Below are positions 39,331 through 50,092 of a DNA stretch of 64,000 nt, in pieces. The stretch comes from an uncultured Verrucomicrobiae bacterium (GTDB taxonomy: Bacteria; Verrucomicrobiota; Verrucomicrobiia; Chthoniobacterales; JAFAMB01). The notes under the pieces are model-generated. The model was not told the origin of the DNA. It saw only the letters and a program-made list of their open reading frames with translations, and did no database searches. Within the stretch, counting starts at the first letter, position 1, and each line of letters opens with the position of its first letter. The DNA lies in the NCBI GenBank assembly GCA_963837955.1, contig CAWIPH010000002.1, positions 1,152,001-1,216,000 on the forward strand, given 5' to 3'. A program made the position numbers and the translations under genes.

Positions 39331-41071
39331 GGGTAAACCGCTCGTCACGATCCGTGGTCTGGTCAAGCAATTCGGGAAAGATCGCCGGCCGGCTCTTGAT
39401 CATCTAGACGCGGAAATCTTCGCCGGAGAGATCACAGGGTTCGTTGGTCCTGATGGAGCGGGGAAAACTACTTTGATCCGCATGATTGCCGGTCTCCTAT
39501 TGCCTACCGATGGGAGAATCGAAGTGCTCGGTTTTGATCCTACTCGGGAGGCGGAGCAAATCCACGATCGATGCGGTTACATGCCTCAACGGTTCGGATT
39601 ATACGAAGACCTCAGTGTGATTCAGAACTTGAATCTTTATGCCGATCTGCACGGTGTTCTAGGTGAGGAACGGCAGAATACTTTTCAGAAGCTCCTTCAA
39701 TTTACAAACTTGAAACCGTTCACTGCCCGAAAGGCGGGTGCGCTTTCCGGAGGCATGAAACAGAAACTCGGGCTGGCCTGTGCCCTGTTAAGTACACCGC
39801 AGCTACTTCTACTGGACGAGCCTGGAGTTGGAGTTGATCCAATTTCGCGGCGAGAACTCTGGCAGATGGTTCAAGATCTCGTGAAAGAAGGGGTCGGTGT
39901 GATTTGGAGTACGGCCTACTTGGACGAGGCCGAGCTTTGCGCGGAAGTCATTCTGTTCAACGAAGGCAAGAAGCTGTTTGATGGACCGCCAAACGAACTC
40001 ACGAAGCGGGTCGCGTCGCGTACCTACACTCTGCCAGTGCGCGAGGGGCGTCGCCAGGTGCTGGCCCGGGCTTTGCAGCAGGAATCCGTTATCGATGGAG
40101 TCGTTCAAGGGCAAAGCGTCCGCCTGGTTCTCAAATCCGAACGAGATAGTACACAATTTCGGCCCGAGTCGATTGGTGCGGATCCGGCGGCCGAACTGCG
40201 CCCAGTGAATCCGCGTTTCGAAGACGCATTCATTGATGTTTTGGGCGGCGTTCCGAAAGGCGAATCAGCTGTGGCGAAGCTGTTGCAGCCGCTGCCGCGG
40301 GACGATCGACCCGTCATTGAGGCGAAGGAGTTGACCAAGCGGTTCGGCGATTTCGTCGCGACCGATCGGGTGAGTTTCTCCGTCCGGCGAGGAGAGATTT
40401 TCGGATTACTTGGGCCGAATGGAGCGGGCAAATCGACCACTTTTAAAATGCTCTGCGGCTTACTCCGGCCCAGCAGCGGCGAAGGGAAGATAGTGGGTTT
40501 CGATCTAAGCAGAGCGGCCAGCCAGGCTCGGAATCGGATTGGCTACATGGCCCAAAAGTTCTCTTTGTATGGCGATCTCAGTGCATCCCAAAACCTGGAA
40601 TTCTTCTCAGGTATTTATGGGCTGTCCGGCAGGCGCCAGCGAGAGGCGATCGATCGGATGACGGAAGTATTTGGGCTGCGCGAGTACCTTGGTCTTTCCG
40701 CCGGCCAGCTTCCACTGGGATATAAGCAACGATTGGCGATGGCCTGCTCGCTGATGCATGAGCCGGACGTCCTTTTTTTGGACGAGCCGACTTCGGGCGT
40801 CGATCCGATCACCCGACGTGAGTTCTGGAATCACATCAATGCGCTGGTGGAAAAAGGGCGCACGGTGATGGTGACCACTCACTTCATGGATGAGGCGGAA
40901 TACTGTGATCGCATTGCTCTAATCTATCGCGGGAAAATGATCGCTCATGGTCCGCCTGACGATCTGAAGCAGAGCGTTCGTTCCGATAAATTACCGGATC
41001 CAACCATGGAGGACACTTTCATCGAATTGATCAAGCGATTCGATGACGGAGGGAGAGAGAGGAGGGAGTAA
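39305..41071 (+). CDS. ybhF: Tandem-NBD ABC ATP-binding protein
   Basis: GPDGAGKT and GPNGAGKS; YMPQRFGLYEDL. Confidence 0.92.
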   Translation: MSSAPARIKGKPLVTIRGLVKQFGKDRRPALDHLDAEIFAGEITGFVGPDGAGKTTLIRMIAGLLLPTDGRIEVLGFDPTREAEQIHDRCGYMPQRFGLYEDLSVIQNLNLYADLHGVLGEERQNTFQKLLQFTNLKPFTARKAGALSGGMKQKLGLACALLSTPQLLLLDEPGVGVDPISRRELWQMVQDLVKEGVGVIWSTAYLDEAELCAEVILFNEGKKLFDGPPNELTKRVASRTYTLPVREGRRQVLARALQQESVIDGVVQGQSVRLVLKSERDSTQFRPESIGADPAAELRPVNPRFEDAFIDVLGGVPKGESAVAKLLQPLPRDDRPVIEAKELTKRFGDFVATDRVSFSVRRGEIFGLLGPNGAGKSTTFKMLCGLLRPSSGEGKIVGFDLSRAASQARNRIGYMAQKFSLYGDLSASQNLEFFSGIYGLSGRRQREAIDRMTEVFGLREYLGLSAGQLPLGYKQRLAMACSLMHEPDVLFLDEPTSGVDPITRREFWNHINALVEKGRTVMVTTHFMDEAEYCDRIALIYRGKMIAHGPPDDLKQSVRSDKLPDPTMEDTFIELIKRFDDGGRERRE

Positions 41072-41082
41072 CCCCTGACAAC

Positions 41083-41205
41083 GGAGGGGAGCCGCTTGCG
41101 GCTCCCGGGAACAACCCATGATACAGCAAACACACCGATTCTCTTGGACTCGATTTCTCGGTAAACCTTGGAAGATGCCCGGGCGTCGCAAGCGACGCCC
41201 CTCCG
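41083..41205. repeat. REP-B doublet inside the ybh operon
   Basis: Inverted arms; interior resembles the ends of the RAYT cassette. Confidence 0.8.
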
Positions 41206-41246
41206 CATCGAGGGTTTGACTAGGTCTTTGTTCCGGTCAACAAGCC

Positions 41247-42389
41247 ATGACAAACCAAAAGTCACAAAAATTCAGCGCTCGTCGACTCTGGGCTTTGATC
41301 AGGAAAGAAACAATTCAGATCCTGACGGATCCGAGCAGTATTCTCGTTGCTTTCATTCTTCCTAGTTTACTTTTGTTCCTTTTCGGTAATGCCGTTTCGC
41401 TTGATTCCACGAAAATCAAAATCGGCTTTGCGATTGAAGACCGTAGCCCTGATACCGAGAGTCTCTTAGCGTCTTTTCGCGATTCGAAATACTTTATCGT
41501 GAAAGTGGGCTTTTCTCGCCGGGAACTGGAGCGAGATTTGGTTGCCGGCTCCATCCGAGGTTTGGTCGTTGTGCCGGCCGATTTTTCTCGAAAGCGACAA
41601 TGGGAAGCCGGTCAGCCACCAATTCAGATCATCTCCGACGGAAGCGAGCCGACGACGGCTAACTTTGTTCAGGAATATGGCCAGGGACTCGTCACGCTGT
41701 GGCTGCAACAGCGATCGCTTGAGAACGGCGTATCCATGTCTCCGACTATCGATGTAGAGAGCCGGATGTGGTTCAATCCGTCGCTGGAAAGCAAAAATTA
41801 TCTCGTCCCGGGATCCATTGCCATCATCATCACGATGATTGGTACCCTCCTGACTGCGATGGTGGTCGCCCGGGAATGGGAACGAGGAACGATGGAAGCC
41901 TTGATGGCGACGCCGGTTCGTATTCAGGAAATCGTGCTCGGAAAATTGATCCCCTATTTTGGGCTCGGCATGGGATCAATGTCATTTTGTACTTTGGTTT
42001 CGATCTTCATTTTCCAAACTCCGTTTCGCGGTTCTTTGCTCTCGCTTTTTTTATTTTCCTCGTTGTTCCTTTTTACCTGCTTAGGTATCGGGCTTTTGGT
42101 ATCGACGCTGGCCAAGAGCCAGTTTGTAGCCGGAATGTTTTCGATGATTCTGGGTTTTCTCCCGGCTCTGCAGCTCTCCGGTTACATCTTCGAGATCTCG
42201 AGCATGCCGAAGATTATCCAAGGACTCACCTACGTGTTTCCGGCGCGATATTTTGTCCAGGGTTTGCAGTCGATCTTTCTGGCGGGAGACGTCATGCCGA
42301 TCTTGCTGTCTAACGGAATTATCCTGGCCGGTTTCTGTGTGGTGATTTTCCTCTTGAACGCGCGACTGACTCGAAAACGACTCGCTTGA
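41247..42389 (+). CDS. ybhS: ABC-2 permease
   Basis: AREWERGTMEALMATP. Confidence 0.9.
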   Translation: MTNQKSQKFSARRLWALIRKETIQILTDPSSILVAFILPSLLLFLFGNAVSLDSTKIKIGFAIEDRSPDTESLLASFRDSKYFIVKVGFSRRELERDLVAGSIRGLVVVPADFSRKRQWEAGQPPIQIISDGSEPTTANFVQEYGQGLVTLWLQQRSLENGVSMSPTIDVESRMWFNPSLESKNYLVPGSIAIIITMIGTLLTAMVVAREWERGTMEALMATPVRIQEIVLGKLIPYFGLGMGSMSFCTLVSIFIFQTPFRGSLLSLFLFSSLFLFTCLGIGLLVSTLAKSQFVAGMFSMILGFLPALQLSGYIFEISSMPKIIQGLTYVFPARYFVQGLQSIFLAGDVMPILLSNGIILAGFCVVIFLLNARLTRKRLA

Positions 42390-43510
42390 GTGACGCTATG
42401 TGGAATCGCATTAAAGCATTGATTAAGAAGGAGACGCTCATTGTCTTGCGCGACCCACGTAATCGGATCGCGATTTTTGTGCCGCCGCTGCTTCAGCTCC
42501 TGCTCTTCTCATTTACGGGCACCCAAGAAGTTAAAAACATTCGAATCGGAATTTTGAACCGGGATTACGGACAAGCCGGACATGAGCTCGTTCAACGTCT
42601 GTCAGCCTCGCCGAACTTTACGCATGTCTATTTTGCCGAATCGCCCGACGCGATGCGCCAACTCATCGACACACAGCAAGTGATTCTCGGCGTCCAGATA
42701 TTAGACGATTTCTCCAGACGCCTGGTCAGCGGAAATGGGCCGGCAGTCCAAATCCTCGTCGACGGGAGAAAGTCTTCGGCCGCGCAAATCGCCCAAGGTT
42801 ATATCACGCAGATCGTGAGCCAGTTCGCGCAGGATCAGATGCCGCAATTAACGACGGTAAGCAACAATCCGGTATCGGTTGTTTCGCGGAACTGGTTTAA
42901 TCCCAACCTCGACTATATCTGGTTCACTGTTCCCAGCCTGGTCGTGATCATCACGCTCCAGGTTTCGATGAACGTGACCACAATGTCGGTTCCGCGTGAG
43001 CGGGAAATGGGAACGTTCGATCAACTATTGGTTTCACCTCTCAGCCCGTTGGAAATCATGATCGGTAAGATGATACCGGCGTTCATCCTGGCACTCTTTG
43101 ATGCGACCCTCTTTATCGTCGTAGCAATTTTTGTCTTCCGTATTCCGTTTCATGGCTCGCTCCCATTGCTTTATTTATCGCTGATCGTTTTTGTTAGCTC
43201 TGTTGTTGGGCTTGGCCTGCTCATCTCGTCGTTTTGCCAGACGCAACAACAGGCTCTCCTGGGAACGATGACCGTCCTTTTTCCCGGATTGCTCATGTCG
43301 GGTTATACCAGTCCGATCGAAAATATGCCCGACTGGTTGCAAATGGTCACTTACTTGAACCCGCTCCGGTATATTATGATTATCGTAAAAGGTAGTTTCC
43401 TGAAGGGCATGCCTTTTGAAGTGATCTTTCAGAACATGTGGCCGATGGCCGTGATCGCGGTTCTGACGCTCACCTTCGCTACGATCTTTTTCCGGAGGAG
43501 ACTGGCGTAG
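42386..43510 (+). CDS. ybhR: ABC-2 permease
   Basis: REREMGTFDQLLVSP; PIENMPDWLQ. Confidence 0.9.
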   Translation: MSDAMWNRIKALIKKETLIVLRDPRNRIAIFVPPLLQLLLFSFTGTQEVKNIRIGILNRDYGQAGHELVQRLSASPNFTHVYFAESPDAMRQLIDTQQVILGVQILDDFSRRLVSGNGPAVQILVDGRKSSAAQIAQGYITQIVSQFAQDQMPQLTTVSNNPVSVVSRNWFNPNLDYIWFTVPSLVVIITLQVSMNVTTMSVPREREMGTFDQLLVSPLSPLEIMIGKMIPAFILALFDATLFIVVAIFVFRIPFHGSLPLLYLSLIVFVSSVVGLGLLISSFCQTQQQALLGTMTVLFPGLLMSGYTSPIENMPDWLQMVTYLNPLRYIMIIVKGSFLKGMPFEVIFQNMWPMAVIAVLTLTFATIFFRRRLA

Positions 43511-43793
43511 TTGGAGTTGGTGATTGGTTATTGGTGATTGGTGCTCGAGCTGTAGACGCACCGGACCGAGTGGCCAAACGCATCGAACATCCCTGACGGG
43601 TAGGGCGATACACGGCGTCGAGCGACAGCGAGATAAGCTGTGTGAGCCATGCGTGTGAGCCAAACGATGGGCAGTCGCAAGGCTCACAGTTCGGCGCTTA
43701 CCTTTCCCTTCTGGTACGCCTAGCGTTTGCCGAACTGTTTCGCCCTACCTGCATGGGGTGAAACATGCCTTCGGCCCTATCACCAATCACTGA

Positions 43794-44258
43794 TCACCGG
43801 ACCTGCGCCATCGCTATTCCCAGCACAAAGGAGACCAGCAGCAGAGCAAGAATAGTCCGGGCGGCCAGCGCAAATCCTCGATGGATGACAGGTAGCTCCG
43901 CTGTCGTGGCCAAGATCCGACGCGGCCAAAGATACCAGGAAACGTAAACAAAGCAGGCCAAGGTACCGGCCCAAAGAATGGATTTCACACCAAAGCAGAT
44001 CCACCAGATAAGAGGATGCGGGACTCTCGAAAAAAAAGGATCGACGAACCCGGTGATTCCGATGACAGATAGGGCGGCGAGAAACTGCCAGCGAGCACCA
44101 TCGGCCAGATTGGCAACGAAGGCTTCGAAATCACGGATGTCTTTGAAGAAAGCTTTCGCTCGTGGCTGTACGGTCATTATGCTGTACAGGGCTCCGCCTA
44201 GAAGCACCGCGCCAAGTAGTGCGTGGATGATTAGTAGGAGATATCGAGCAAGGTCCAC
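43794..44258 (-). CDS. Four-TM membrane protein
   Basis: Four hydrophobic helices with a His in TM1. Confidence 0.7.
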   Translation of the reverse strand: MDLARYLLLIIHALLGAVLLGGALYSIMTVQPRAKAFFKDIRDFEAFVANLADGARWQFLAALSVIGITGFVDPFFSRVPHPLIWWICFGVKSILWAGTLACFVYVSWYLWPRRILATTAELPVIHRGFALAARTILALLLVSFVLGIAMAQVR

Positions 44259-44347
44259 CTGGCAATCTATACGTAGATGGATGTGATGTGTCGAATTGGG
44301 GACGGCTCCGATAAAAGGTTACACTTCTCCGTTGGGGACGAAACTCA

Positions 44348-45042
44348 CCCATCGATCGGAGGGCGCGCCGCTTGCGGCGCCCGGGAATAGCCCACGATAA
44401 ATCGCAGTCCCCCGGTTTGTGCGATTCGCGGAAAATCTAATGCAAAGGAGTTGCGCCAACGTTCATATATTATAACATGACATATAAAAGTTATGATATT
44501 TCAAAATAGAAGACATCCACCGCATCTGCCTTCACTTGAATCAGCTACTCCAACTCTGTTCGTGACTGTCTGCACAAGAGATCGGCGAAAGATTCTGGCA
44601 AATGCGATGGCACACAGTCTTTTGCGGGAGGCATGGAACGCTTATTCTGATTTTTCTGTTGGGCGCTACGTGATTCTGCCAGACCATATACACTTTTTCG
44701 TCGATGATAGTGACCTTGCCCCGTACAGTTTAGGCCGCTGGGTCGGCGCCTGGAAGGCGTACGTTTCGAGACGTTGGCCTAACGAGACGGAAAAGCCAAT
44801 TTGGCAAAGGAACTTCTGGGATCGTCAAATGTGGAGCGATCATTCCTGCGACGTGAAATGGTTGTACGTAAGAAACAATCCGGTACGCCACGGCTTGGCC
44901 GAACGCCCTGAAGATTGGCCATTTCAAGGTGTGATGAACGAAAGCGAATAAGAAATACTAGAACGAAATCCTCGGACTCGATTCCTGGTGAACCCTGGAT
45001 GATTCCCGGGCGCCGCAAGCGGCGCACCCTCCGATCGATGGG
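44348..45042 (+). mobile_element. RAYT cassette bounded by 41-bp REP-B inverted repeats
   Basis: 44348-44388 versus 45002-45042, one mismatch. Confidence 0.85.
44493..44951 (+). CDS. REP-associated tyrosine transposase (RAYT), intact
   Basis: FVTVCT, ILPDHIH (HUH), WQRNFWD, YVRNNPV..PEDWPF. Confidence 0.9.
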   Translation: MIFQNRRHPPHLPSLESATPTLFVTVCTRDRRKILANAMAHSLLREAWNAYSDFSVGRYVILPDHIHFFVDDSDLAPYSLGRWVGAWKAYVSRRWPNETEKPIWQRNFWDRQMWSDHSCDVKWLYVRNNPVRHGLAERPEDWPFQGVMNESE

Positions 45043-45136
45043 TATTACGACGTTGTCTTGATGAGAGCGGCTGCCGAAGCCTATGGGAATGGGACTGCTT
45101 GCTTGGAAAAGTCGTCTTCAATATGACTACCCTACC

Positions 45137-45177
45137 AAAAAAAATTCCCCGCCGGGCAAGCGCCAGACGGGGAATTA
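45137..45177 (-). terminator. Rho-independent terminator of porin 1
   Basis: AATTCCCCG..CGGGGAATT stem plus T-tract on the minus strand. Confidence 0.8.
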
Positions 45178-45205
45178 GGGCAGCGTTAGCTAAATAAAAA
45201 TCGGT

Positions 45206-46994
45206 TTAGAAGAACCACTCAACCTGGGTACCAAACAACCAGCCGTCATTGGATTTGGCGCTAGCGTATGGTGCGGTCGAGACTCCGCCGGTGTTGCCAC
45301 CTTCCCCAATGGAAGTGGTAGCGCCTCGCAGAGAGTCGCTCCAGATGGCGTAGGTTGCGAAGACGCGCAGCTCCGGACGAGTGAAATATCCACCTTTCGG
45401 TTTGATGGTCGGCGCGATAGTGAATACTCCCATCGATCCGCTCCGTCCATAAGCAGTGGTCCCTTGAAAACCGCGGACGTTGTCCTGATAGCTCCCGAAG
45501 GCTTGACCTTGGATCGCGATGTTATCGGCAATCCAGTAGTAGGGCCTAATGCCAGCCTCGTATAAGTTACGCGTGCCGGGAGCTTCCCTGAACGATGTGC
45601 CCAGGCCTTGATTGCCGAACGTGCGATAGCCGGCCGAGTCCTGCTGCCAGAATCCCCAGATGCCAAGCGAGAAACAGGGGTTAGGATTCCAGACAAAGAA
45701 TCCACCAGCCCGATATCGACGTTGCTTTTGGATCGCGTTGCCGGCGTCAACCACGGTTCCAGTCGGGGTTAAAGGATTCTTGGCGAGAAAAGCGGATTCG
45801 AATCCTGTGACTGTGCCTAAGTCGGTACCCGCACTGAAGTTGGTCGCTCCGAAACCGAACAACGCGTACACTTCCAGGTAGCTCTTAGCGCCGATCGCAC
45901 TGAGATCGACGTGATAAACCGCGCCACCGCCGAGGCCCCATGCATCGGAAGTGTGAACCGGGTTAGCCAATTTGATCACATTGCCTTCTCCATCGTAGCC
46001 TTGGGTGAACGTGGTGCCCTTCTCGTAATTGGCTATACCGACCAGCATGATTTTGCCGAAACCGACATCGATATCCTTCAAGCGGACATCAAGGCTGTGC
46101 TTGTAGAACGTGCCGGTGGCCGTAGAAAACAGCGAGTCATCCAAGCCGCCGAGATAAGCAATCCAAAGTTTGCCGATACCGACATCGATGTTTTTCACTC
46201 CGGCTCCGTACCCGGACATATCCAGGTAGAAGTAATCCATCGGATCGATATTGAAACGATCGTAGAAGCGTTCCCCAGCCCAGAAGGTGATCTCCGGGGC
46301 GCCCTTGAACACGTTACTCATTTCGAGGAACGCCTCGCGCAAGACGAAACGGAAGTCGTTGCCGGCTTCTTCCACGCCGGTCGAAGGCGCCACGGTAAAC
46401 GTGTTGCGGTTTTGCAGATAGACGATGGCCGGCGTGAATCGCCATGGAGACATCCATTACGTCTGGGTTGTCGCCTAGCATGTGAGCCTGTTTCCAGGTC
46501 AACTCCATGTAGGTATCGTTTTCGTTGCCGAGACGTGGACGACCACCTTCATTGTCTGGCGGTTCAAAGTTGAAGTTACCACCGCCGCCGTTGCCATTAG
46601 CTTGGACACCGACACGAGCGTAAGCGGTAAAGCTGAAATTCCGGGTCAAAGACTTGAGGAACGATTCATCGAACGCAGGGCCTTTGCCCTCGTACTGTTT
46701 ACCGTCAGCGTCGGTAAGAACATGCGTGTTCAGGATAGAGCCGGAATCGGCTTTCGATTTGAGCGATTGGACTTCGGCCTCCATGGACGAGATGCGGTCT
46801 TCATACTGTTTTTGCATCTTTTCCATTTGGGCCTGGCTTTGCTGCTGCATCTTTTCTATCTGGGCCTTCAGTGCAGCGACATCGCTTGAGTCCGAGTTTT
46901 GAGCGTGGAGCAATGCGGGGGCAGAAAACATTAAACTCGCGGCTAACGATGCTTTAAGTCCCCGCCGGAGGGGAGAACTAACGGGAAAACACAT
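45206..46994 (-). CDS. LamB-like carbohydrate porin, frameshifted near 46442
   Basis: RLGNENDTYME, WAGERFY, RPELRVFATY, FGTQVEWFF; one extra G relative to its paralogue. Confidence 0.85.
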
Positions 46995-47287
46995 TTTATC
47001 TTCCTTGATGATATTGGGTTACTTCTTTGGTCTGTAAGCGTAATAAGAAACGCGCGAAAAGGGGTATCCCAAAAACAGACTAGTCAGTCAAGAAAGATTT
47101 CGGAGGAGATTAACCCAAGGATGATGCAGGATCCCTGACCGGTAGGGCGAAACAGCCTAGCCGGACGCGGTTTTACCCGTGCCGACAGGCTGTGAGCCGC
47201 AACGCTGATTTGGCTCACGCGCCTGAATTAGCTATCGCTCACAGGACTGAACCGCTCTACCGGTCGTCCGGGTTTGCGCCTTGGCAC

Positions 47288-47740
47288 GGCGAAAATTTAT
47301 TTGAGCCGGAAAGTCCTGAGCGGCTCACGCGGAGCGTTCGCCCTACCGATCAGGGGCGCTGTTCCAGCGTTGGTAGGGCGAAAATTTATTTGAGCCGGGA
47401 ACCCCTGAGCGGCTCACGCAAAAGCGTTCGCCCTACCGATCAGGGGTGTCGATCCAGCGTCGGTAGGGCGAAAATTTATTTGAGCCGGGAACCCCTGAGC
47501 GGCTCACGCAAAGCGTTCGCCCTACCGATCAGGGGCGTTGTTCCAGCGTTGGTAGGGCGAAAATTTATTTGAGCCGGGAACCCCTGAGCGGCTCACGCAA
47601 AAGCGTTCGCCCATCCGCCTCCGCTCGCTATGGCGAGACAGGCCCGATCAGGAGTGTCGATCCAGCGTTGGTAAGGCGAAAATTTATTTGAGCCGGGGAA
47701 CCGCTGAGCGGCTCATGCGAAAGCATTCGCCCTACCGATC
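47288..47740 (+). repeat. REP family A array (~5 units) between the porin genes
   Basis: Same unit. Confidence 0.9.
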
Positions 47741-47776
47741 ACAGCGGGTGCGTAGCCGGGGAACGGCATCCTACCG

Positions 47777-47814
47777 AAAAAAATTCCCCGTCCGGCGCTA
47801 ACCGGACGGGGAAT
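47777..47814 (-). terminator. Rho-independent terminator of porin 2
   Basis: ATTCCCCGTCCGG..CCGGACGGGGAAT plus T-tract. Confidence 0.85.
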
Positions 47815-47871
47815 AACAAACCAACCTGGCTTACAGTCCTGCCGGACTGTTTTGCCCTACCGAACTATAGC

Positions 47872-49605
47872 TTAGAAATACCACTCAACCTGGGTACCAA
47901 ACAACCAGCCGTCGTTCGAATGGTTGTTGACATATGGTCCCACGGAAGTGCCCGGGATGTTCGCATTGTTCGCGGCATTCTTGAAGGAATCGCTCCAAAC
48001 CGCGTAGGTCGCGAAGACGCGCAGTTCCGGACGGGTGAAATATCCACCCTTCGGCTTGATGGTCGGAGCAATGGTGAATACACCCATATTTCCGCCGCGG
48101 CCGAAGGAAGTCGTGCCGGACCCGCCACGGTTGTTGTCTGACCAAGCACCCCAGGCTTGACCTTGGATCGCGATATTGTCGGCGATCCAGAAGACGGGAC
48201 GAATACCATACTCGATCAAGTTGCGATTTCCCGAAACGATCTTGGTCTTGCCGTTGGCGTCAACTCCAATCGTTTGAAATCCCTGATTATTCAGGTTCCA
48301 GAAACCCCACAGGCACATTGAGAAGTACGAGGTCGGATTCCAGACAAACTGGCCACCGGCGCGGTACTGCAACTGATTATTGATGGGGTCGCCAACGTTA
48401 ATTATTTGTCCTGGGGCTGCCGGATGAAGCGCCAAGAAACTGGTCTCAGCTCCGGTAACTGCGCCTACATCGGTGCCGACATTCGAGAAGGTGGTCGCTC
48501 CCCGACCGAACAAGGCCCATAATTGGAGGAAGCTCTTGTTGCAGAAGTCGTACTGATAAACGAACCCGCCACCAATGCCATACGCGTCACCAAACCGAGT
48601 CGGGTTTCTCAAGTTGAACACATTGCCTTCGCTATCATAAGCTTTCGTAAAGGTTGTGCCCTTCTCGAAGTTAGCCAGGAAAACGAGCATCAACTTACCG
48701 AAGCCGCCCAGTTGGATGTCTTTCAGACGAGCATCGATCCCGTGCTTGTAGAGAGTACCGATTGATGTGGAGAGCTGAGAGTTGTCCTGACTAGCAATGT
48801 AAGCAATCGAGAATTTGCCGATACCAACATCGATGTTTTTCACACCGGCTCCGTACCCGGAGTCATCCAGGTAGAAGTAATCGTTCGCATCCACGTTGAA
48901 ACGGTCATAGAAGCGCTCGCCACCCCAGAAGGTGATCTCGGGCGCGCCCTTGAAGACGTTTGCCATCTCCAGGAAAGCTTCACGCAAAACGAACCGGAAA
49001 TCGTTGCCGGCTTCCTGTACTCCGCTATTCGGTGCCACGGTGAACGAGTTGCGGGTCGTCTGGTAGACGATAGCCGGAGTGAACGTCATGGAGACATCCA
49101 TTACATCTGGATTGTCACCCAACATGTGGGCCTGTTTCCAGGTCAACTCCATGTAGACGTCGTTTTCGTTGCCGAGACGGGGACGACCGCCATCGCTATC
49201 TGGAATGTTAAAGCTGAAGTTACCGCCACCGCCATTGCCGTTAACTTGGACACCGGCACGGACGTAAGCCGTAAAGCTGAAATTTCGGGTCAGCGACTTG
49301 AGGAACGATTCGTCTAGGACAGGGCCTTTGCCTTCGTACTGTTTGCCGTCCGCATCGGTCAGAACGTGCGTGTTCAGAATCGATCCGGAATCCGCCTTAG
49401 ATTCGAGCGACTGCATCTTGGATTCCATCGCCGTGATGCGGTCCTCGTATTGTTTCTGCATCTTATCCATCTGGGCCTTTAATGCAGTGACATCGCCTGA
49501 GTCCGAGTTCTGGGCGTAAATCGCTCCAGAGGCAAGCAGCGCCAAACTCGCAACTAGCGCTGCTCTGAGACCCAGCAGTCGGGGAAAACTAGCCGGAAAA
49601 CACAT
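47872..49605 (-). CDS. LamB-like carbohydrate porin with N-terminal coiled coil
   Basis: RLGNEND, RPELRVFATY, terminal Phe. Confidence 0.9.
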   Translation of the reverse strand: MCFPASFPRLLGLRAALVASLALLASGAIYAQNSDSGDVTALKAQMDKMQKQYEDRITAMESKMQSLESKADSGSILNTHVLTDADGKQYEGKGPVLDESFLKSLTRNFSFTAYVRAGVQVNGNGGGGNFSFNIPDSDGGRPRLGNENDVYMELTWKQAHMLGDNPDVMDVSMTFTPAIVYQTTRNSFTVAPNSGVQEAGNDFRFVLREAFLEMANVFKGAPEITFWGGERFYDRFNVDANDYFYLDDSGYGAGVKNIDVGIGKFSIAYIASQDNSQLSTSIGTLYKHGIDARLKDIQLGGFGKLMLVFLANFEKGTTFTKAYDSEGNVFNLRNPTRFGDAYGIGGGFVYQYDFCNKSFLQLWALFGRGATTFSNVGTDVGAVTGAETSFLALHPAAPGQIINVGDPINNQLQYRAGGQFVWNPTSYFSMCLWGFWNLNNQGFQTIGVDANGKTKIVSGNRNLIEYGIRPVFWIADNIAIQGQAWGAWSDNNRGGSGTTSFGRGGNMGVFTIAPTIKPKGGYFTRPELRVFATYAVWSDSFKNAANNANIPGTSVGPYVNNHSNDGWLFGTQVEWYF

Positions 49606-49953
49606 GTTTTTCTTTTTTACACTCCTTGATTGAGGGGGGTTAATTGTAGAAGGGCGTCGTTAGGAGTACCTAAAGAGCGAATTATCTGTCGAGCGAAAAT
49701 GATAAAAAAATCAAACATTTCGCACGATTTCTTGTCCGGAACGGCTTTCCGGGGAGAAAATGCCCAAAATTGCCCATCCCGGAAGAAATGGTCGATAGCC
49801 GATAGCCAAGAAGCGCCGAGCGGTCTGTTGGAGGGGAGGGATCGCGTCCCCGCGATCCGGTTCTTTTCGGCGCACGAGGACATGCGCCCTCCCTGTCAGG
49901 GATGTGGAACGAGTTTTCTCAGTCCCTGCATGCCATGTCATCTGGGAAAGGTA

Positions 49954-50023
49954 GCGTAGCCTGATGCTCCGCCTCAGGAGATTGGCACGCCTTGGGTTCC
50001 TGAGGCGGAGCATCAGGCTACGC
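49954..50023. repeat. Perfect 26-bp inverted repeat (GTAG-type REP doublet)
   Basis: GCGTAGCCTGATGCTCCGCCTCAGGA and its complement. Confidence 0.8.
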
Positions 50024-50092
50024 CACCTTTTCGAGATTGACTATTGGCTAACGGATTCGAGGGTATCCTGCCGCCAACTGGGGGTGGTATCT

